Assembly (NCBI GenBank): GCA_902563305.1 | Contig: CACEWP010000002.1 | Location: forward strand, 87,066 to 151,065 | From: an uncultured Alphaproteobacteria bacterium | Lineage (GTDB): Bacteria > Pseudomonadota > Alphaproteobacteria > Methylaequorales > Methylaequoraceae | Reading direction: 5' to 3' | Length of the DNA: 64,000 nt | Part shown: positions 1 to 9,608 of the stretch, one piece after another | How positions within the stretch are numbered: position 1 is the stretch's first letter | How the letters are laid out: each line of letters starts with the position of its first letter | The notes under the pieces: model-generated | The model's input: only the letters and a program-made list of their open reading frames with translations | The model's database searches: none | Told to the model about the DNA's origin: nothing | Program-made: the position numbers and the translations under genes

Positions 1-3
1 TTA

Positions 4-201
4 ATGCAAGATATTAAGAACTTTTTGGGTAAAGAAAGAGTTTTTACTACAAAAAAGTTTGATTTTGATCCTTTTTTTATTGAATCTCAGGCTTTTGCTT
101 ATATTTCAGTAAGAACTTTGAAAAATTTACCTTCGACATTTCCTCAAACTACAGGATGTTTAAGAAGTTCACTATCCGGAATTATTTACAATCCAGATTA
201 A
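4..201 (+). CDS. 3' end of an unidentified CDS running in from upstream of the window (hypothetical)
   Basis: Open frame from window edge, no recognisable motif; converges on and overlaps 4 nt with the minus-strand hydrolase. Confidence 0.25.
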   Translation: MQDIKNFLGKERVFTTKKFDFDPFFIESQAFAYISVRTLKNLPSTFPQTTGCLRSSLSGIIYNPD

Positions 202-830
202 TTCGATTCAATGTATTTTTTAACTTTCTCTATGACTTTTTGTTCATTGTTGGAGAAAAAATGATCTGCTGACTTGACCAACTCGTGTTTTACTTCAATT
301 GATTTTTGCTTATTTAACTTTTTAACAGCTTCAAATACATCGTTATTGTCCACCAAATTATCTTTTTCAGCCGATATAACTAATCCTGAGGCTGGACAGG
401 GAGCTAGGAAATTAAAATCATACTTTCCAACAGGTGGACTTATAAGAACAAATTTTGGAATTTCAGGCCTTCGCATTAACAATTGCATTCCTACCCAAGC
501 ACCAAATGAAATACCACAAACCCAATATTGATTGGATTCTTGATTTTGATTTTGTAACCAATCTAATGCAATAGCGGAATCAGCTAACTCACCTTCACTA
601 CCATCATGTTCTCCATCTGATCTTCCAACTCCTCTAAAATTAAATCTCAGACTTGAGAAACCTAGATCAGAGAAAAACTTATGTAATTTTAGTGATAATG
701 GATTATTCATATTACCCCCATGACCAGGGTGAGCATGGAGTATTAAGACTGAGGGTGAATTGTTTTTATTATTGTGTGTGTAACGGGCTTCGAGTCTTCC
801 GATTGGTCCGTTAAGTAGGATTTCTGGCAT
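198..830 (-). CDS. alpha/beta-fold hydrolase (dienelactone hydrolase / serine hydrolase-like)
   Basis: 210 aa; nucleophile elbow G-x-S-x-G (GISFG), HAHPGHGG N-terminal motif typical of alpha/beta hydrolases. Confidence 0.6.
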   Translation of the reverse strand: MPEILLNGPIGRLEARYTHNNKNNSPSVLILHAHPGHGGNMNNPLSLKLHKFFSDLGFSSLRFNFRGVGRSDGEHDGSEGELADSAIALDWLQNQNQESNQYWVCGISFGAWVGMQLLMRRPEIPKFVLISPPVGKYDFNFLAPCPASGLVISAEKDNLVDNNDVFEAVKKLNKQKSIEVKHELVKSADHFFSNNEQKVIEKVKKYIESN

Positions 831-895
831 TTATACTTGACTAGATTGGTAGGATATAATAATTATGATTGAGTATATAATACAAAATATTAATT

Positions 896-1657
896 ATGTC
901 AAAAAATTTATTAAGCTTGGTTTATTCTGACCTTAAAGCTGCAATGAAAAGAGACCCAGCTGCAAGACATTTTTTTGAAATTTTTTTCACTTATTCTGGC
1001 TTTCACGCAACATTTTTACATAGAGTTTGTAATCTGTTTTGGAGACTTAGATTGAAGTTTCTAGCTAGATTCTTGAGCAATATTTCAAGAATTATAACAT
1101 CTATAGAAATCCATCCCGCTGCAAAAATTGATGAAGGCTTTTTCATTGACCATGGGGCAGGTCTTGTAATAGGGGAAACTACGGTAATTGGAAAAAATGT
1201 TACTATTTATCAACAATCAACTCTAGGTGGTCTAGCACCTTCAGTTGATTCTGATTCACAGAGAAATATAAAAAGACATCCAACAATTAATGATAATGTA
1301 ATTGTTGGGTCTGGAGCTCAAATTCTTGGTCCAGTTACTATTGGAAAAAACTCTAGAATTGGAGCTAATGCAGTAGTTTTGAAAGATGTTCCTGAAAATA
1401 TAACTTATGTAGGAGTACCGGCTAGAAAAGTAGAATCAAAAAATATTGATGAGTCGTTTAATCCATATGGAATGTCAGAGGGAATCATAGATGACCCAAA
1501 TAAAAAAAGCATTCAGGCTCTTTTTGCTGAAATTCATTTGCTTAATCAAAAACTTGACGACATGAGAAAACATATTGATACAACAATAAAACTTCCAAAA
1601 GCAGAGACAATTTCGATAGAAACAGGTAATAAATCAAAATCAAGAAGAGAAAAATAG
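896..1657 (+). CDS. cysE: serine O-acetyltransferase
   Basis: Hexapeptide-repeat left-handed beta-helix region (IHPAAKIDEGFFIDHGAGLVIGETTVIGKNVTIYQQSTLGG) and the DPAA motif region of CysE. Short N-terminus and an unusual charged C-terminal tail. Confidence 0.8.
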   Translation: MSKNLLSLVYSDLKAAMKRDPAARHFFEIFFTYSGFHATFLHRVCNLFWRLRLKFLARFLSNISRIITSIEIHPAAKIDEGFFIDHGAGLVIGETTVIGKNVTIYQQSTLGGLAPSVDSDSQRNIKRHPTINDNVIVGSGAQILGPVTIGKNSRIGANAVVLKDVPENITYVGVPARKVESKNIDESFNPYGMSEGIIDDPNKKSIQALFAEIHLLNQKLDDMRKHIDTTIKLPKAETISIETGNKSKSRREK

Positions 1658-1713
1658 TAATTTTTATTAAGGAAAATGTGGAAAAGTTAAAAATAATTTA
1701 CTAAATATAGGAC

Positions 1714-2937
1714 ATGAGTATGAATAAAATGAAAAATATATATTTTGATTATCAGGCAACCACTCCCGTTGATCCCAGAGTGTTGAAAAAAATGATGCCT
1801 TATTTTGCCGAGATCTATGGAAATCCTCACTCTAGAAACCACTCATTTGGTTGGGAAGCTGAAGAAGGTGTTGAAATTGCTCGAGAAAGAGTGGCTCAAA
1901 TAATTGGAGCCAATCCAAAAGAGATTATTTTCACCTCTGGTGCAACAGAATCTAATAATTTAGCTCTTAAGGGAGTTTCAGAGTTTTATGGAGATAAAAA
2001 AAATCATATTATAACATGTGTAACTGAACATAAATGTGTTCTTGAATCATGTAGACACTTATCAGGGAGGGGATTTGATGTCACCTATCTACCAGTCCAA
2101 AGTGACGGTCTAATTAATTTGGAAGAATTGAAAAATGCAATTACTGATAAAACATTGATTGTTTCAATAATGGGTGTACACAATGAAATCGGAGTTATTC
2201 AACCTTTAGAGGAAATTGGAAAAATCTGTAGATCAAGGGATATTTTTTTTCACACTGACTGTGCACAGGCTGTAGGTAAAATAAAGTTAGACGTTGACAA
2301 AATGAATATCGATTTAATGAGTATATCGGGGCACAAAATTTATGCGCCTAAAGGCGTCGGAGCACTGTATATTAGGCGTAAACCTCGAGTAAGAATATCA
2401 TCTATGATTAGTGGTGGCGGTCAAGAAAGAGGTATGAGGTCAGGAACCCTATCTCCTGCATTGTGCGTTGGATTGGGTGAAGCCTGCCACATATACCTTA
2501 ATGAGATGGACAAAGAGAATAAAATATTACAAAAATTTAAAAAAATGATGCTTGATGGTATTAGAAAAGCATGTCCTGATGTTTACTTAAATGGTTCTGA
2601 AAAATCTAGGGTCCCTGGCAATCTCAATTTAAGTTTCGCATATGTCGAAGGTGAGTCTCTTATGATGGGAATTAAGAATCTTGCAGTTTCCTCTGGATCT
2701 GCTTGCACATCAGCATCTTTAGAGCCTTCTTACGTTCTCAAAGCATTGGGTGTTGAAGAGGAATTAGCACATACAAGCTTGAGAATAGGATTTGGTAGAT
2801 TTACTACCGAAAATGAGGTAAGATATGCTACTAAGACTATTATTAACGAAGTCTTGCGACTCAGAGAGCTTAGTCCACTTTGGGAAATGGCTCAAGAAGG
2901 CGTTGATATTAGTAAAATAAAATGGGCACATCATTAG
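1714..2937 (+). CDS. iscS: cysteine desulfurase IscS
   Basis: 407 aa class V aminotransferase; PLP-lysine motif [19 protein letters not shown], active-site SSGSACTS loop; ISC operon context. Confidence 0.9.
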   Translation: MSMNKMKNIYFDYQATTPVDPRVLKKMMPYFAEIYGNPHSRNHSFGWEAEEGVEIARERVAQIIGANPKEIIFTSGATESNNLALKGVSEFYGDKKNHIITCVTEHKCVLESCRHLSGRGFDVTYLPVQSDGLINLEELKNAITDKTLIVSIMGVHNEIGVIQPLEEIGKICRSRDIFFHTDCAQAVGKIKLDVDKMNIDLMSISGHKIYAPKGVGALYIRRKPRVRISSMISGGGQERGMRSGTLSPALCVGLGEACHIYLNEMDKENKILQKFKKMMLDGIRKACPDVYLNGSEKSRVPGNLNLSFAYVEGESLMMGIKNLAVSSGSACTSASLEPSYVLKALGVEEELAHTSLRIGFGRFTTENEVRYATKTIINEVLRLRELSPLWEMAQEGVDISKIKWAHH

Positions 2938-2959
2938 TACTTAGAAAGGAAATACAATT

Positions 2960-3349
2960 ATGGCTTACAGTAAAGAACTTTTAGATCATTACGAAAACCC
3001 TAAAAACGTTGGATCAATGGACAAGGAGTCAGAAGAGGTTGGAACTGGTCTTGTTGGAGCTCCAGCATGCGGTGATGTTATGAAACTTCAAATAAAGGTC
3101 AATAAAAAAGGAGTTATTGAAGACGCCAAGTTCAAAACCTTCGGATGTGGTTCTGCAATTGCATCGAGCTCTCTAATTACAGAATGGGTTAAAGGTAAAA
3201 ACTTAGATGAAGCTCACTCAATTAAAAATACTGAGATAGCAAATCATCTTGCTCTGCCACCTGTAAAAATACACTGTTCTATCCTCGCTGAAGATGCAAT
3301 AAAAGCTGCGATAGAAGATTATAAAAAGAAGAATAGAAAAAACAGATAG
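2960..3349 (+). CDS. iscU: Fe-S cluster assembly scaffold IscU
   Basis: 129 aa; conserved GAPACGDVMKL, GCGSAIASSS and LPPVKIHCS motifs. Confidence 0.9.
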   Translation: MAYSKELLDHYENPKNVGSMDKESEEVGTGLVGAPACGDVMKLQIKVNKKGVIEDAKFKTFGCGSAIASSSLITEWVKGKNLDEAHSIKNTEIANHLALPPVKIHCSILAEDAIKAAIEDYKKKNRKNR

Positions 3350-3367
3350 ATACTATTAAGAAAGATA

Positions 3368-3691
3368 ATGATTACTGTTACCAGCAATGCTGTTAATCAT
3401 ATTAAAAAACTTTTATCTTCCAGAGATAAGAGCTCACATGGTATCAAGCTTGCCATAGAAACTAAAGGTTGCTCTGGATTGTCTTATAGCATGGAATTCG
3501 TAGACACTCCGGACGAAAAAGATGAAGTCCTAAATGTAGAAGACATAAAGATTTATATTGACCCAAAAGCTACTTTATTCCTTCTTGGAACGACAATGGA
3601 TTACGAAGAGGGAGTGCTAGAATCAGGTTTTAAATTTATTAACCCTAACGAAAAAGGTAGATGTGGTTGCGGTGAGTCTTTTCACGTCTGA
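3368..3691 (+). CDS. iscA: Fe-S cluster assembly A-type carrier IscA
   Basis: 107 aa HesB/IscA family; three Cys ligands (GCSG ... CGCGESF C-terminus). Confidence 0.85.
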   Translation: MITVTSNAVNHIKKLLSSRDKSSHGIKLAIETKGCSGLSYSMEFVDTPDEKDEVLNVEDIKIYIDPKATLFLLGTTMDYEEGVLESGFKFINPNEKGRCGCGESFHV

Positions 3692-3700
3692 CGTTGGATT

Positions 3701-4285
3701 ATGTCTGTTAACTCCATTTGTTGGAATTGTCAAAATACTTTACCGCAAAATATTTTTTTATGCCCAAAATGTAATAAAATTCAACCTCCTAAGCAACTCG
3801 ATGAGTTTAAGTTATTGGGTGTATCAGAAAAATTTGATTTAGATTTAGAAGAACTTGAAAACGCTTATTTAAAACTGCAGCAGTTGTTTCATCCAGATAA
3901 ATTTTCACAACTTTCAGACAAAGAAATAAAATATTCAACATTATTATCCTCTATGATTAATGAAGCATTTCAAAAATTAAATAATTCAACATCTAGGGCC
4001 ACTACTTTATTAAAATTAAATGGATTTAACTCTCATTTAGAAGATAGATCATTTAATGATCCTGAAGTTTTAGAGGAAATAATGGAAATTCAGAATGAAT
4101 TTCTAGAGGCTGAAAATTATGAAAAAAAAAAGAGCTCAATTGAAAAACTAGATATAAGAATTAGTGAAACAACAAATGAATTATCAAGATCATTCAAAAA
4201 TAAAAACTATGAGATTGCCAATAAGTTAAATATCAAGTTATCATATCTAGAAAAAATTAGATTTGATTTTAAAAAGCACTTATGA
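3701..4285 (+). CDS. hscB: Fe-S assembly co-chaperone HscB with N-terminal Cys4 zinc-finger
   Basis: J-domain-like region (HPDKF), position between iscA and hscA; N-terminal C-x2-C-x10-C-x2-C. Confidence 0.7.
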   Translation: MSVNSICWNCQNTLPQNIFLCPKCNKIQPPKQLDEFKLLGVSEKFDLDLEELENAYLKLQQLFHPDKFSQLSDKEIKYSTLLSSMINEAFQKLNNSTSRATTLLKLNGFNSHLEDRSFNDPEVLEEIMEIQNEFLEAENYEKKKSSIEKLDIRISETTNELSRSFKNKNYEIANKLNIKLSYLEKIRFDFKKHL

Positions 4286-6075
4286 ATTTAATAAAAATAA
4301 AAGAACCATTGTCTTCCAATAATAGTTCAAAAATTTGTTTGGGAATTGATTTTGGAACAACAAATTCAGTTTGTTCAGTAAAAGTTAATAATAAACTTCA
4401 TTTTATTACAGATGAGAACGGGAAAAGTCTTATACCAACCTTAATTTTATATGATACAAAAATCAAAAGATTTGGAAATCAGATTATTAAAAATGAAAGC
4501 TATTACAATTCAATTTTTTCAGTAAAGAGAGATTTTACAAGAGATTTTGAAAAAAAAAAATTTGAAGATGAAAATAAAAATAAAATTTCATCAATAGAAG
4601 TATCAAAAGATTTTTTTATTTATTTAAAAAATTTATGCGAAAAAAATCTCAATCATAATATTTTTGATTGTGTGATTACTGTTCCAGCATATTTTGATGA
4701 AAAGGCAAGATCTGGAATAATGAGAGCAGCATTTATGGCAGGTTTAAGAGTAAGAAGACTGATTAACGAACCAACAGCTGCTGCTTTTGCTTATGGACTT
4801 GAAAAAAAGAAGAAAGGTATTTTTTTTGTTTATGATTTAGGGGGGGGGACATTTGATGTCTCATTACTGAAATTATCAGATGGCATATTTAAAGTACTTG
4901 GAACAAGTGGAGATCCAAATCTTGGGGGCGATGATCTTGATAATTTATATGCAAAATGGTTGATAAATAATTCCTTTGGAATTAATTTTGACGATTTAAA
5001 TGAAAAGGAGAAGTTAAAATTAGTAAAAAAATCAAAATTATTTAAAGAAAAACTTACAAATTCTCAATCTTTTGAAGAAGAACTAGAGGTAAATGATTGT
5101 GTTAAAAAAATTAAAATTAATATTGAAGATTTTAATAAATCTATTGAAAAGCTTATTGATAGAACCATTAAGATTTCATCAGAATTGCTTAATGAAGTTG
5201 ATATTCAAATAGATAAAGTAAATGGTTTTGTATTAGTTGGTGGTTCATCTAGAATAAAATGTATTTCAAATAAAATTAAAGAAAATTTTAAAACAAAAAT
5301 CTTTGATGATGTAAACCCTGACCTTGTTGTTTCAAAGGGGGCAGCTCTGCATGGATATGAACTTTTAAATGGCTCTGATAATGTGCTTTTAGATGTAACT
5401 CCACTTTCTCTTGGAATTGAAACCATGGGAGGTTTGATGGAAAAAATTATATCTAGAAATACAACTATACCAGCTATTAAGGAACAAATTTTTACTACCT
5501 ATGAGAATGGACAGACTGCATTAAAGTTTCTTATACTTCAAGGTGAAAGAGAAACTTCAGTGAATAATAGAAAACTTGGAGAATTTGTTTTATCTAATAT
5601 TCAACCCAAACCAGCTGGTATACCCAGAATAAAAGTAATGTTTTCTCTAGATGCAGATGGAATTCTCTTTGTAACAGCATCCGATGAAGAAACTGGTGTT
5701 GAGAATAAGCTCTCTGTAAAAACTAATGATGAACTTAATCTAAATGAAATGAGAAAAATAGTAGAAAGTAGTATTGAGAATGCAAAAGATGATATACATC
5801 AAAGGATGATAATAGAGGCGAAAATAAAAGCACAAAGTTTCTTAAATGAAATTGATGCAGTTAAAAAAGATATTGAATTACTATGCTCAAAAAATGATAT
5901 TAAAATTATCAATGAAAAAGTAGCTATGTTAAAAGAATCTATTAAAACTGATGATTGTGATATAATTAACCAAAGAGTAGATGACCTTAACAAGTCAACA
6001 GAGTCTTTTGCCCAGAAAAGAATTGAAAAAGACTTTTCTGAGGTGGTTGGAAGGGATGTTGAAGAAATAGAGTAA
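4282..6075 (+). CDS. hscA: Fe-S assembly chaperone HscA (Hsp70 family)
   Basis: 597 aa; Hsp70 signatures IDFGTTNS, DLGGGTFDVS, VGGSSRIP-like; start overlaps hscB stop (ATGA). Confidence 0.85.
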   Translation: MNLIKIKEPLSSNNSSKICLGIDFGTTNSVCSVKVNNKLHFITDENGKSLIPTLILYDTKIKRFGNQIIKNESYYNSIFSVKRDFTRDFEKKKFEDENKNKISSIEVSKDFFIYLKNLCEKNLNHNIFDCVITVPAYFDEKARSGIMRAAFMAGLRVRRLINEPTAAAFAYGLEKKKKGIFFVYDLGGGTFDVSLLKLSDGIFKVLGTSGDPNLGGDDLDNLYAKWLINNSFGINFDDLNEKEKLKLVKKSKLFKEKLTNSQSFEEELEVNDCVKKIKINIEDFNKSIEKLIDRTIKISSELLNEVDIQIDKVNGFVLVGGSSRIKCISNKIKENFKTKIFDDVNPDLVVSKGAALHGYELLNGSDNVLLDVTPLSLGIETMGGLMEKIISRNTTIPAIKEQIFTTYENGQTALKFLILQGERETSVNNRKLGEFVLSNIQPKPAGIPRIKVMFSLDADGILFVTASDEETGVENKLSVKTNDELNLNEMRKIVESSIENAKDDIHQRMIIEAKIKAQSFLNEIDAVKKDIELLCSKNDIKIINEKVAMLKESIKTDDCDIINQRVDDLNKSTESFAQKRIEKDFSEVVGRDVEEIE

Positions 6076-6078
6076 AAA

Positions 6079-6411
6079 ATGACAAAAATTATTTTTATAG
6101 AACCTAACGGAGATGAAAAAACTATCGAAGCCGAAAATGGCCTTTCATTGCTTGAAGTTGCACATAATAATGGAATTGATCTAGAAGGAGCCTGTGAAGG
6201 TTCCTTAGCTTGTTCTACCTGCCATATAATAGTTGAAAAAAATTTTTTTGATAATTTACCAGAACCCTCCGAAGAAGAGGAAGATATGCTTGATCTAGCT
6301 TTTGGATTAACTCATACTTCACGACTTGGTTGTCAAATTATAATTAATGACAAGCTTGAAGGTATGAAAGTAAGAATACCCTCAGGAACTAGAAATATGA
6401 ATGTTGAATAA
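6079..6411 (+). CDS. fdx: [2Fe-2S] ferredoxin of the ISC system
   Basis: 110 aa adrenodoxin-type; C-x5-C-x2-C...C ligands ([11 protein letters not shown] ... GCQ). Confidence 0.85.
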   Translation: MTKIIFIEPNGDEKTIEAENGLSLLEVAHNNGIDLEGACEGSLACSTCHIIVEKNFFDNLPEPSEEEEDMLDLAFGLTHTSRLGCQIIINDKLEGMKVRIPSGTRNMNVE

Positions 6412-6611
6412 TGAAATTAAAATGGACTGATACAATAGATATAGCTATTCTTTTGGAGGAGAAATATCCGGATAAAGATAATGTAAATTTAAGATTTACA
6501 GATCTTCATACTTGGATTATGGGGTTGGATGAGTTTGAGGATGATCCTGAAAATTCTAACGAAAAAATTCTTGAAGCTATCCAAATGGCATGGATTGATG
6601 AAAGAGATTAA
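6411..6611 (+). CDS. iscX: Fe-S assembly protein IscX (YfhJ family)
   Basis: 66 aa acidic protein; recalled similarity to E. coli IscX (LKWTD..I...L...YPD...RFTDLH.W...L..F.DDP..SNEKILEAI...W.DE); terminal position in isc operon. Confidence 0.7.
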   Translation: MKLKWTDTIDIAILLEEKYPDKDNVNLRFTDLHTWIMGLDEFEDDPENSNEKILEAIQMAWIDERD

Positions 6612-7758
6612 CGTACAAAAATTTATTGCAGACAATAATCTTCCTGATATTGGAAGTAAAATTGTTGTTGCAATGTCAGGTGGAGTTGATTCGTCAGTGA
6701 CAGCAGCTCTTTTAAAAAATATTGGATACGATGTCATCGGTGTCACCATGAAATTATATGAAGGCTCAAATAAAAAAAATCCAAAAACATGTTGTTCAGG
6801 AATTGACATAGCTGACGCGAGAATGGTAGCAAAGAGTCTTAATATTAAGCATTATGTAATAGATTATAAAGAAAAGTTTAAAGAATCTGTAATAGACAAG
6901 TTTGTTAATAGTTATATTGAGGGCAATACACCAATTCCATGCATTTTATGTAACCAAACAGTAAAGTTTACTGATCTGATTAATTTTACAAAACTGCTTA
7001 AAAGTAATGTTCTAGCTACTGGTCACTACGTAAAAAGGTTGGAAAATGGCGAAGATGTAAATCTTTATCAAGCTGACGATGGATTAAAAGATCAAAGTTA
7101 TTTTCTATTTGCAACAACACAAGATCAATTGAAAACTCTAAGATTTCCGTTGGGAGGTTTTTCAAAAGACTATATAAGAGAACTGGCTTTTAAATTTGGC
7201 CTTTCTAATGCTAAGAAACCTGACAGTCAGGACATTTGTTTTATTCCAGATGGTAATTATCGAGATTTTGTTAAAAAGATAGATAAAACGTCAAGTTTTA
7301 CTGGCGATATAATTAACCTTGAAGGTGAAGTTATAGGTAAACATACAGGAATAATCAACTATACGATCGGTCAAAGAAAGGGGATAGGTATTGGTGGTAT
7401 TAAAGGTCAAAAAGATCGTAACCCTTTTTATGTAATTAAAATTGATAAAACAAAAAACCAAATAACAGTTGGTCCAAAAAACAGACTTAAAAAATATTCA
7501 ATTTATCTTAAAGAATTAAATTTTTTTACAAAAAAACAAACGAATTATGAATTCGATGCATTAATAAAAATACGCTCTGGTCAAAGATTAATTTCAGCAA
7601 AAGTTGAACTAAATAAAGATGATTTAAAAAATGGTGTGGTTAAGCTAGAGGAACCTGAATTTGGTGTTGCTCCTGGTCAAGCTTGTGTTTTTTATAATGA
7701 TTATAAAAAAATGATAGGTGGAGGTTGGATAACATCAAGCGAACTAAAATCTAAGTAA
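6598..7758 (+). CDS. mnmA: tRNA-specific 2-thiouridylase MnmA
   Basis: PP-loop SGGVDSS, catalytic Cys residues, C-terminal beta-barrel. The ORF-track start at 6529 is probably an artefact of the open frame; the ATG at about 6598 (MKEINVQ) overlaps the iscX stop. Confidence 0.85.
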   Translation: MKEINVQKFIADNNLPDIGSKIVVAMSGGVDSSVTAALLKNIGYDVIGVTMKLYEGSNKKNPKTCCSGIDIADARMVAKSLNIKHYVIDYKEKFKESVIDKFVNSYIEGNTPIPCILCNQTVKFTDLINFTKLLKSNVLATGHYVKRLENGEDVNLYQADDGLKDQSYFLFATTQDQLKTLRFPLGGFSKDYIRELAFKFGLSNAKKPDSQDICFIPDGNYRDFVKKIDKTSSFTGDIINLEGEVIGKHTGIINYTIGQRKGIGIGGIKGQKDRNPFYVIKIDKTKNQITVGPKNRLKKYSIYLKELNFFTKKQTNYEFDALIKIRSGQRLISAKVELNKDDLKNGVVKLEEPEFGVAPGQACVFYNDYKKMIGGGWITSSELKSK

Positions 7759-7833
7759 AAATACATTATAGTTAATCAATTCCTCTATTAATTTTTAAAA
7801 GTTTTGTCAATTAATTTATTAAGATTTATTTGG

Positions 7834-7862
7834 TTGCAAGAATTGTTATTCAACCCTATATT
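7834..7862 (+). promoter_or_regulatory. sigma70-like promoter (TTGCAA-17bp-TATATT) for the cytochrome c operon, followed by a 10-bp palindrome TTTGTACAAA (7885-7894)
   Basis: Consensus-like -35/-10 hexamers with 17-bp spacer seen directly in sequence in the 190-bp intergenic region. Confidence 0.3.
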
Positions 7863-7945
7863 ATCTATATATTTGCGTTTTGCATTTGTACAAACTTATC
7901 TGTAAATCGAGTCTTTTTTCGTTTTACTGTCTTTGGAGGAAGATT

Positions 7946-8257
7946 ATGAAAGTCGTACTATTTGGAATAATATGCTTATCTTTTTTTATTTCAAACGACG
8001 CTTTTAGTGGCGATATTGAAGCAGGGAAGGCAAGATATGCCCAAAACTGTGGTAATTGTCATGGTCCTGGTGGAATGGGATTGGCTAGTTATCCTAAAAT
8101 AAAGGGTAAAGAAGTTTCATATCTCATTGATAGGCTCAAAACTTACAGAGCCGGCACTAAAATTGGACCAAATTCTGATCTTATGATTATGATGGCACAA
8201 CCTTTGTCAGATGTAGAAATCGCGAATTTAGCTGCGTACTTAAATGCGCAAAAATAA
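7946..8257 (+). CDS. class I c-type cytochrome (periplasmic, mono-heme)
   Basis: Signal peptide, CGNCHG heme-binding motif, Met-rich distal ligand region; GGAGG RBS 8 nt upstream of ATG at 7946. The ORF-track start at 7880 lacks an RBS. Confidence 0.75.
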   Translation: MKVVLFGIICLSFFISNDAFSGDIEAGKARYAQNCGNCHGPGGMGLASYPKIKGKEVSYLIDRLKTYRAGTKIGPNSDLMIMMAQPLSDVEIANLAAYLNAQK

Positions 8258-8293
8258 TAACATTTAACATTAATAATAAAGGGAGATTATTTA

Positions 8294-9598
8294 ATGATTA
8301 ATAAATCTAAACTTTTATCAGCAGCGGTTGTAGCTACTGCAGCCCTTTTGGCTTCACCAAGTCATGCTGATACAATGAATACCCCAAATATTAGTGCAAT
8401 GTCTATCATGAATGGTTTAGAAAACCCATGGGATATGGCATTCACTGGTGGTGGTGACATGTTTTACACTGAAAAATGTAAAGGTTTATCAGTAAAAACA
8501 AGCTCTGGTGCTGTTCACGCGCTAGCTGGAATGAAAGGCGCAAAAGGTTATGCAAGTTCAAACGATGACCTTTTCTGCTCAGGCCAAGCTGGTATGATGG
8601 GTGTAGCTGTAGATCCTAATTTTAAGAAAAATCGTAGGATTTATGTTGCTTCAACCTCTGACAAATATCATGGCAGCGGATGTAAGACTAACTTCGAAAA
8701 ATGTGATGGAAACATCATCATGAGAATGGAAGTAAGTAAAGACATGAAAAGCGTTTCAAATCGTGTTGATATTGTAAAAGATATTCAATATAAGCCTTTT
8801 GAATCTAATCATCCATTCGGTGGTCCAGGTGCACACAATGGTAACAGATTACGTTTCGGTCCTGAAGGTTATCTTTGGGCAACTACTGGTGACCGTCATA
8901 GAGGCGTAGTACCACAATCACCAAAGTTATTAGGTGGTAATGTACTGAGAATCGATACTGATGGTAAAGCTCACCCAGGTAACAAACCTCCAAGAGGTTT
9001 TGACAAACGTATGTACACTTATGGACACAGAAATGTTCAAGGTATAGACTTCCGTCCTAGTGATGGAAGAGCATTTACTGCAGAACATGGCCCATGGCAG
9101 AATGACGAAATTACTGCACTAGTAAATGGTGGTAATGGTGGATGGGATCCTCGTCCAAATGTCGGTGGTCGTGGTGATTGTCCAGATAAGTATTGTGGTT
9201 ACATGCCTAATCAAAAAGAAGGTATGCTTCCTGCAAAACGTGCTCAGTTCATGCCTATGAGTGACACACGTTTCAGTGATCTAATGCCACCAGCATGGAA
9301 CAACAATGGTCTATCTCAAGGTACTGGTTCTGCCGCATTCTTAAAAGGTAGTAACTGGGGTTACTGGGAAGGTAGAATGGCTGTTGGAATCATGGGTATT
9401 GGTTTCGGTGGAACACCTTCAGGTATGAGAATTGACGTTGTTGATATTGCCAAAGATGGTCAGTCAATCAAAAGCGTAATTCATATGCCAACTGGCTTAA
9501 CAAAGAGATTCAGAGGACTTCGTCTTGGTCCTGACGGAGCTCTATACGCTGCAGTAGATGAAGGAGAAATCTACAAAATTACTGCAACTGCTAAGTAA
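8294..9598 (+). CDS. soluble PQQ-dependent glucose/sorbosone dehydrogenase-like beta-propeller (GSDH family), secreted
   Basis: Signal peptide; GSDH-family motifs GHRNVQGIDFRP-DGRAFTAEHGP..NDEI, GGNGGWDP, LRIDTDGKAHPGNKP; GGGAG RBS; atypical CGT/GGT-rich codon usage. Confidence 0.65.
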   Translation: MINKSKLLSAAVVATAALLASPSHADTMNTPNISAMSIMNGLENPWDMAFTGGGDMFYTEKCKGLSVKTSSGAVHALAGMKGAKGYASSNDDLFCSGQAGMMGVAVDPNFKKNRRIYVASTSDKYHGSGCKTNFEKCDGNIIMRMEVSKDMKSVSNRVDIVKDIQYKPFESNHPFGGPGAHNGNRLRFGPEGYLWATTGDRHRGVVPQSPKLLGGNVLRIDTDGKAHPGNKPPRGFDKRMYTYGHRNVQGIDFRPSDGRAFTAEHGPWQNDEITALVNGGNGGWDPRPNVGGRGDCPDKYCGYMPNQKEGMLPAKRAQFMPMSDTRFSDLMPPAWNNNGLSQGTGSAAFLKGSNWGYWEGRMAVGIMGIGFGGTPSGMRIDVVDIAKDGQSIKSVIHMPTGLTKRFRGLRLGPDGALYAAVDEGEIYKITATAK

Positions 9599-9608
9599 AT
9601 ATGTGATT

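Noticed and set aside
274-531. 85-aa ORF on the + strand inside the hydrolase gene
   Set aside because: Lies entirely antisense to a well-supported CDS; no RBS or motif; typical shadow ORF
837-865. Candidate sigma70 promoter for cysE (TTGACT ... TAATTA)
   Set aside because: -35 is good but -10/spacing are ambiguous (12-bp spacer to TATAAT or 17-bp to TAATTA); not confident enough to list as a feature
5205-5993. Two minus-strand ORFs (5205-5426, 5799-5993) inside hscA
   Set aside because: Antisense shadow ORFs within a strongly conserved Hsp70 gene
6529-6597. ORF-track 5' extension of mnmA overlapping iscX
   Set aside because: The conserved MnmA N-terminus (..VVAMSGGVDSS) is preceded by an in-frame ATG at about 6598; the extension would overlap iscX by 83 nt and has no homology
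6489-6809. 106-aa minus-strand ORF spanning the iscX/mnmA junction
   Set aside because: Antisense to two conserved genes; low-complexity translation
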